Below are positions 61,501 to 64,000 of a DNA stretch of 64,000 nucleotides, piece after piece; the first letter of the stretch is position 1; every line of letters begins with the position of its first letter. The stretch is from Myxococcota bacterium. GTDB lineage: Bacteria > Myxococcota_A > UBA796 > CAJQPC01. The stretch is taken from positions 1 through 64,000 of the forward strand of contig DASCPX010000047.1 in NCBI GenBank assembly GCA_036012755.1, in the 5' to 3' direction. The position numbers and the translations under genes are program-made. The notes under the pieces were generated by a model. The model had not been told where the DNA came from, did not search any database, and saw nothing but the letters and a program-made list of their open reading frames with translations.

Positions 61501-62039
61501 GGCGGGACCATCTCGATGGACTGGCGGAGGGCCTCGTCGATGTCGCCGTCGAGCGCGGCCCTGCCGCCCTGGAGCGTGGCCAGCCCGAAGTCGAGGATCT
61601 TCACGCGGCCTTCGTCCAGCAACATGACGTTCTCGGGCTTCAGGTCCCGGTGGACGAGACCCACCCCCTGGCCAGCGCCCATGCCGCGGCAGATCTGCGA
61701 GGCGATGGCCAGGGCCGCCTCGAGCTGGAGGGGGCCGTCCTTGCGCATGACCTCCGCCAGGGTCCGCCCCTCGAGCAGCTCCATGACGAGGTAGCGACTG
61801 CCACCCTGCGCCACGCCGACGTCGAAGACCGTGACGACGTTCGGATGCTGCAGCCGGCAGGTCGTGCGGGCCTCTCGCTCGAAGCGGCTGACCACCTCGG
61901 CGCGCACGGTCAGCTCGGGTCGGAGGAGCTTGATCGCGACGCGCCTGTCGAGGGCTGTCTGGATGCCCTCGTAGACCTCGCCCACACCTCCACGCCCGAT
62001 GGGCCTGAGGATTCGGTAGCGGCTTCCGAGGTCGGTCAT
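58506..62039 (-). CDS. Ser/Thr kinase - nSTAND1-type NTPase - TM - pentapeptide-repeat protein
   Basis: HRDLKPEN, DFG, GTPRYMAPE; FFGRD, GSSGVGKTS, LDQLEELF, HEALI; long ADLSG-type repeats; start MTDLGSRY. Confidence 0.9.
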   Translation of the reverse strand: MTDLGSRYRILRPIGRGGVGEVYEGIQTALDRRVAIKLLRPELTVRAEVVSRFEREARTTCRLQHPNVVTVFDVGVAQGGSRYLVMELLEGRTLAEVMRKDGPLQLEAALAIASQICRGMGAGQGVGLVHRDLKPENVMLLDEGRVKILDFGLATLQGGRAALDGDIDEALRQSIEMVPPEARSLETMAPLGDDEDYEDEVRPPRPPLPSESPGRLTRAGALVGTPRYMAPEQALCWEIDHRSDIYAFGVILYEMLAGRAPFEADSVQGYLSAHVHTPPQPPSLFASIPHPVEQLVLRCLAKDPCARFEHWAALSEELRRIQGVTETRAKGRERTPERLPAEPYRFLAPFSPSTSAIFFGRDDDSGQFLEIWESGEDVPLLALTGSSGVGKTSFLYARIVPALEDIGHEVLVVRGSHEPTLALGQAVTRRLTRHSGETEDRPLPMLLDSLAEIEGRPIAVVLDQLEELFTAGESEDQARFQADIASVVGAGERGVRFVFSIREDYLGQLLRTLHPLPVDQLLRTMPLRPLSTEDLEEALLGPGRSGLPVDYAPFAMEPGLAAEIVRDLVEDDAGEVAPRVQAVGTRLWEMVKDSPEPLISREHYRAGLGGAQGILGRILDEAIEDIEPGDRGLAKELLRALTHLPGSATSRPTSRSGLLAAHTNVEKVDEVLRRLESRWRIVQGYKDPRWPEERAYRIAHEALIARIQDYGEELSERNRARQLFRQGLELWLKGGKQEQDLLLDAHFEVVQQHVGSLVLRTREERAFYRQSHERNYDAWVAREITAKKAARRQRFWRYAAPLLFVALGWSVGQMPTDFAAANATWVRLLSFSGVDGAELQGTSLRFARLHGVRLFAADLSDTDLAGADLSGADLEKANLARASLEGTNLDGARLIGADLSEANLLGASFRQADLRRANLDADLLGSDFVGAIFDAHTIWRDLPPRGAIGPGADASMMVLDRMVFQELDLSEIELNEAHAAEASFRGCHMSDARMLGMHAPRASFALARLGGADLTGAELPGASFAGTELTNAHLVGADLSGASLVGAKLLGASLGGATLDGAFADAKTRWPSDMQPEALGVILLVPGVPLADLRLSGLDLTGAQLRGLDLSGAKLRGSRLTNADLSEAILVDADLREADLTGTNLSDADLSGADLRDAKTGAALLNGVTTSLDTKGL

Positions 62040-62065
62040 CGCGGGCCGAGTGTACGCTCCGACTG

Positions 62066-62968
62066 GTGTTCTTCCTGCTGGCCTGTAGCCGCTACGCGGC
62101 CCCGGATCTCCCAGAGGGGAGCTGGTCTCTCCGCGGCGATGACGTCGTTGGGCAGCTCGAGACCTCCAGGGGCTCGTGCATCGTGAACCTGAGGGCGGAG
62201 CGCTGGGGGACCGGCGGGCCCGTGGACTGCCAGTCCCACGAGGTCCCTGGCCGCTTCGTCTTCCCGATCCAGCTCGGCGTCGGCGAGGCCCTGGCCGTGG
62301 CGGACTGGAAGGGCGAGGTCGTGGTCGTGCCACTGAGCTCGCTGGAGGGCTGGCTCGAGGTCGAACTCAGGGTGGAGGAGGGGGTCGTGGACGTGCCGCC
62401 CTTCGAGGCGGACACTGCCTCCTGGTCCGCCGGGAGCTTCGTGCTCCATGGACACGAGGGCGTCGAAGGCCGGCTGGAGATGGCCTCTCTCGAGATCGAG
62501 CTCTTCTCTGCTCGGCTGTTGACCGACGGGCTGGTCTCCTACGCCACGGAAGAACGAGGGGCCGACCTGGCGCTGCAGGTGGAGGTGGAGCCCAGCCTCG
62601 GGGATCCTGCGATGCTGCTCTTGAACCTGCCGACGGGCCAGCTGGCGCTCCCCGGCGGGCCTCATCCGTGGACGGCGACGTTGGAGCCGGGGGTGGTGGA
62701 GGATCCAGGACAGCGGCGAGCCGCGGCGATCGCGGCTGCGGACGCGGCCGAGGCCGAGCAGATGAAGGCAGTGCTGGCGGCGCTGATGGCCGAGCTCAGC
62801 CCGCCGTGCCTGCTGTCCGATGACTGGACTCCCTACTTCGAGGGCTATGCCCTGACCCTCGAAGAGCGCGACGGCGCCTGTGTGATCGCGGTGGAGCCCG
62901 ACCCGGTCCAGCACCGGAGACGGTTCAGGTACTCCTCGGAGGTTCCGCCGGCTAGGATGGCGCCATGA
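62066..62968 (+). CDS. Putative lipoprotein
   Basis: MFFLLAC start, 300-aa ORF. Confidence 0.65.
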   Translation: MFFLLACSRYAAPDLPEGSWSLRGDDVVGQLETSRGSCIVNLRAERWGTGGPVDCQSHEVPGRFVFPIQLGVGEALAVADWKGEVVVVPLSSLEGWLEVELRVEEGVVDVPPFEADTASWSAGSFVLHGHEGVEGRLEMASLEIELFSARLLTDGLVSYATEERGADLALQVEVEPSLGDPAMLLLNLPTGQLALPGGPHPWTATLEPGVVEDPGQRRAAAIAAADAAEAEQMKAVLAALMAELSPPCLLSDDWTPYFEGYALTLEERDGACVIAVEPDPVQHRRRFRYSSEVPPARMAP

Positions 62969-64000
62969 CACTGCTCTTGTCCCTGTCCTGTACCAAGCCA
63001 GCTGTCCCCGTCGGGGATGACTCCTCCGTGGACAGCTCCGTCGAGGACAGCTCCGTCGAGGACACGGACCAGCGCCCGGAGTGGGAGCGGGTGGCGACCT
63101 CCTACGGCGTGCTGACCACCGTCGCCGGCAAGGGGGAGTTCTCGACCAAGAGCTACAACGGCTGGGACGAGAGCTACGAAGGCGGGGACGCGCTCGAGGC
63201 CGAGCTCTCGCGGCCGCACATGGCCCTGACGGACGCCGAGGGGAACATCTACATCGCCGACAAGGACGCCCACGCCGTCCGCAAGGTCGACACCGACGGC
63301 GTCATCACGACGGTGGCGGGGAACGGCAGCGCGGGGGACGGCGGGGACGACCCCGCCCCGGGCACCGAGCAGCCCCTGAGCTCACCCAACGGCATCTGGG
63401 TGCTGCCGGATGGCACCGTCTACATCCACGACATGGGCAACGACAAGGTCCGCAAGCTGGACACGGACGGCGAGCTCACGACGCTGTTCTCCGTGGCCGA
63501 CGCGGGCACTGGCCGCGGGCTCTGGGTCGCAGAGGACGAGTCCCTGGCCTACGTCTCCTGTGGCTCCATCCTCCGCAGTTGGACCCCGGACGGAGGCTCC
63601 GAGGTCCACGCCAGGGGCTTCTCCTCGCTCGGCAACCTGGTCATCGACCCCGACGGACTGGTGGTCGCCGCGGACCGTGGCGGACACACGGTCACCCGCA
63701 TCGAGGCGGACGGGACCAAGGTCCTCATCGCTGGCAACGGCACGACCACCGGCGGCGGAGACGGGGAGCCCGCGCTGGAGACTGGCCTGGGCGAGGCCCG
63801 CGGGGTCTGGTTCCACCCCCTCGGCGGCTACTTCGTGGCCACCCACCAGGGGGGGCAGATCTGGTACGTCGACACCGACGGCATCATCCACCTCTTCATC
63901 GACGGGGACGACGAGCACAGCCACTCCGGCGACGGCGAGGACTACGACACCCAGGGCAAGAAGATCAGCGAGCCCCGGGCGATCACGATGGACGGCGAGG
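62965..64000 (+). CDS. NHL-repeat beta-propeller lipoprotein (runs off the window; absent from the ORF track)
   Basis: Translated by eye: MTLLLSLSC...GNIYIADKDAHAVRKVDTDGVITTVAGNG...PNGIWVLPDGTVYI. Confidence 0.85.
   Translation, partial: MTLLLSLSCTKPAVPVGDDSSVDSSVEDSSVEDTDQRPEWERVATSYGVLTTVAGKGEFSTKSYNGWDESYEGGDALEAELSRPHMALTDAEGNIYIADKDAHAVRKVDTDGVITTVAGNGSAGDGGDDPAPGTEQPLSSPNGIWVLPDGTVYIHDMGNDKVRKLDTDGELTTLFSVADAGTGRGLWVAEDESLAYVSCGSILRSWTPDGGSEVHARGFSSLGNLVIDPDGLVVAADRGGHTVTRIEADGTKVLIAGNGTTTGGGDGEPALETGLGEARGVWFHPLGGYFVATHQGGQIWYVDTDGIIHLFIDGDDEHSHSGDGEDYDTQGKKISEPRAITMDGE

Overview
GC-rich bacterial chromosomal window, probably Myxococcota-like (inferred from a MYXO-CTERM-type tail, MopE-type Cys/Asp repeats and a eukaryote-like kinase). 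It opens with divergent groES-groEL and dnaK-dnaJ, the latter running straight into a moxR-DUF58-batABCDE-type operon. Next come a B12 radical SAM enzyme, a sigma54 activator and histidine kinase, an M16 peptidase pair, ppiC-surA-pdxA, five tandem paralogous Cys-rich exported proteins behind hflX, and an NfeD-flotillin operon. A dispersed alpha-glucan set (two GH13, GH15, LamB-like porin), MopE-repeat surface proteins, a hipBA-like module and a kinase-nSTAND1-pentapeptide protein follow. Most notable: (1) about 20 exported proteins with ultra-short, mostly uncharged signal peptides (e.g. MILLLAC, MFFLLAC); (2) a candidate sigma54-driven three-hairpin sRNA of about 140 nt between groES and dnaK; (3) the five-member paralog array; (4) a repeated TAnnnT-N6/7-start leaderless architecture. 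Three genes are frameshifted or deletion-scarred (real decay or assembly error). I saw no rRNA, tRNA, CRISPR array or transposase. All product calls come from motif recognition by eye; no database search was run.
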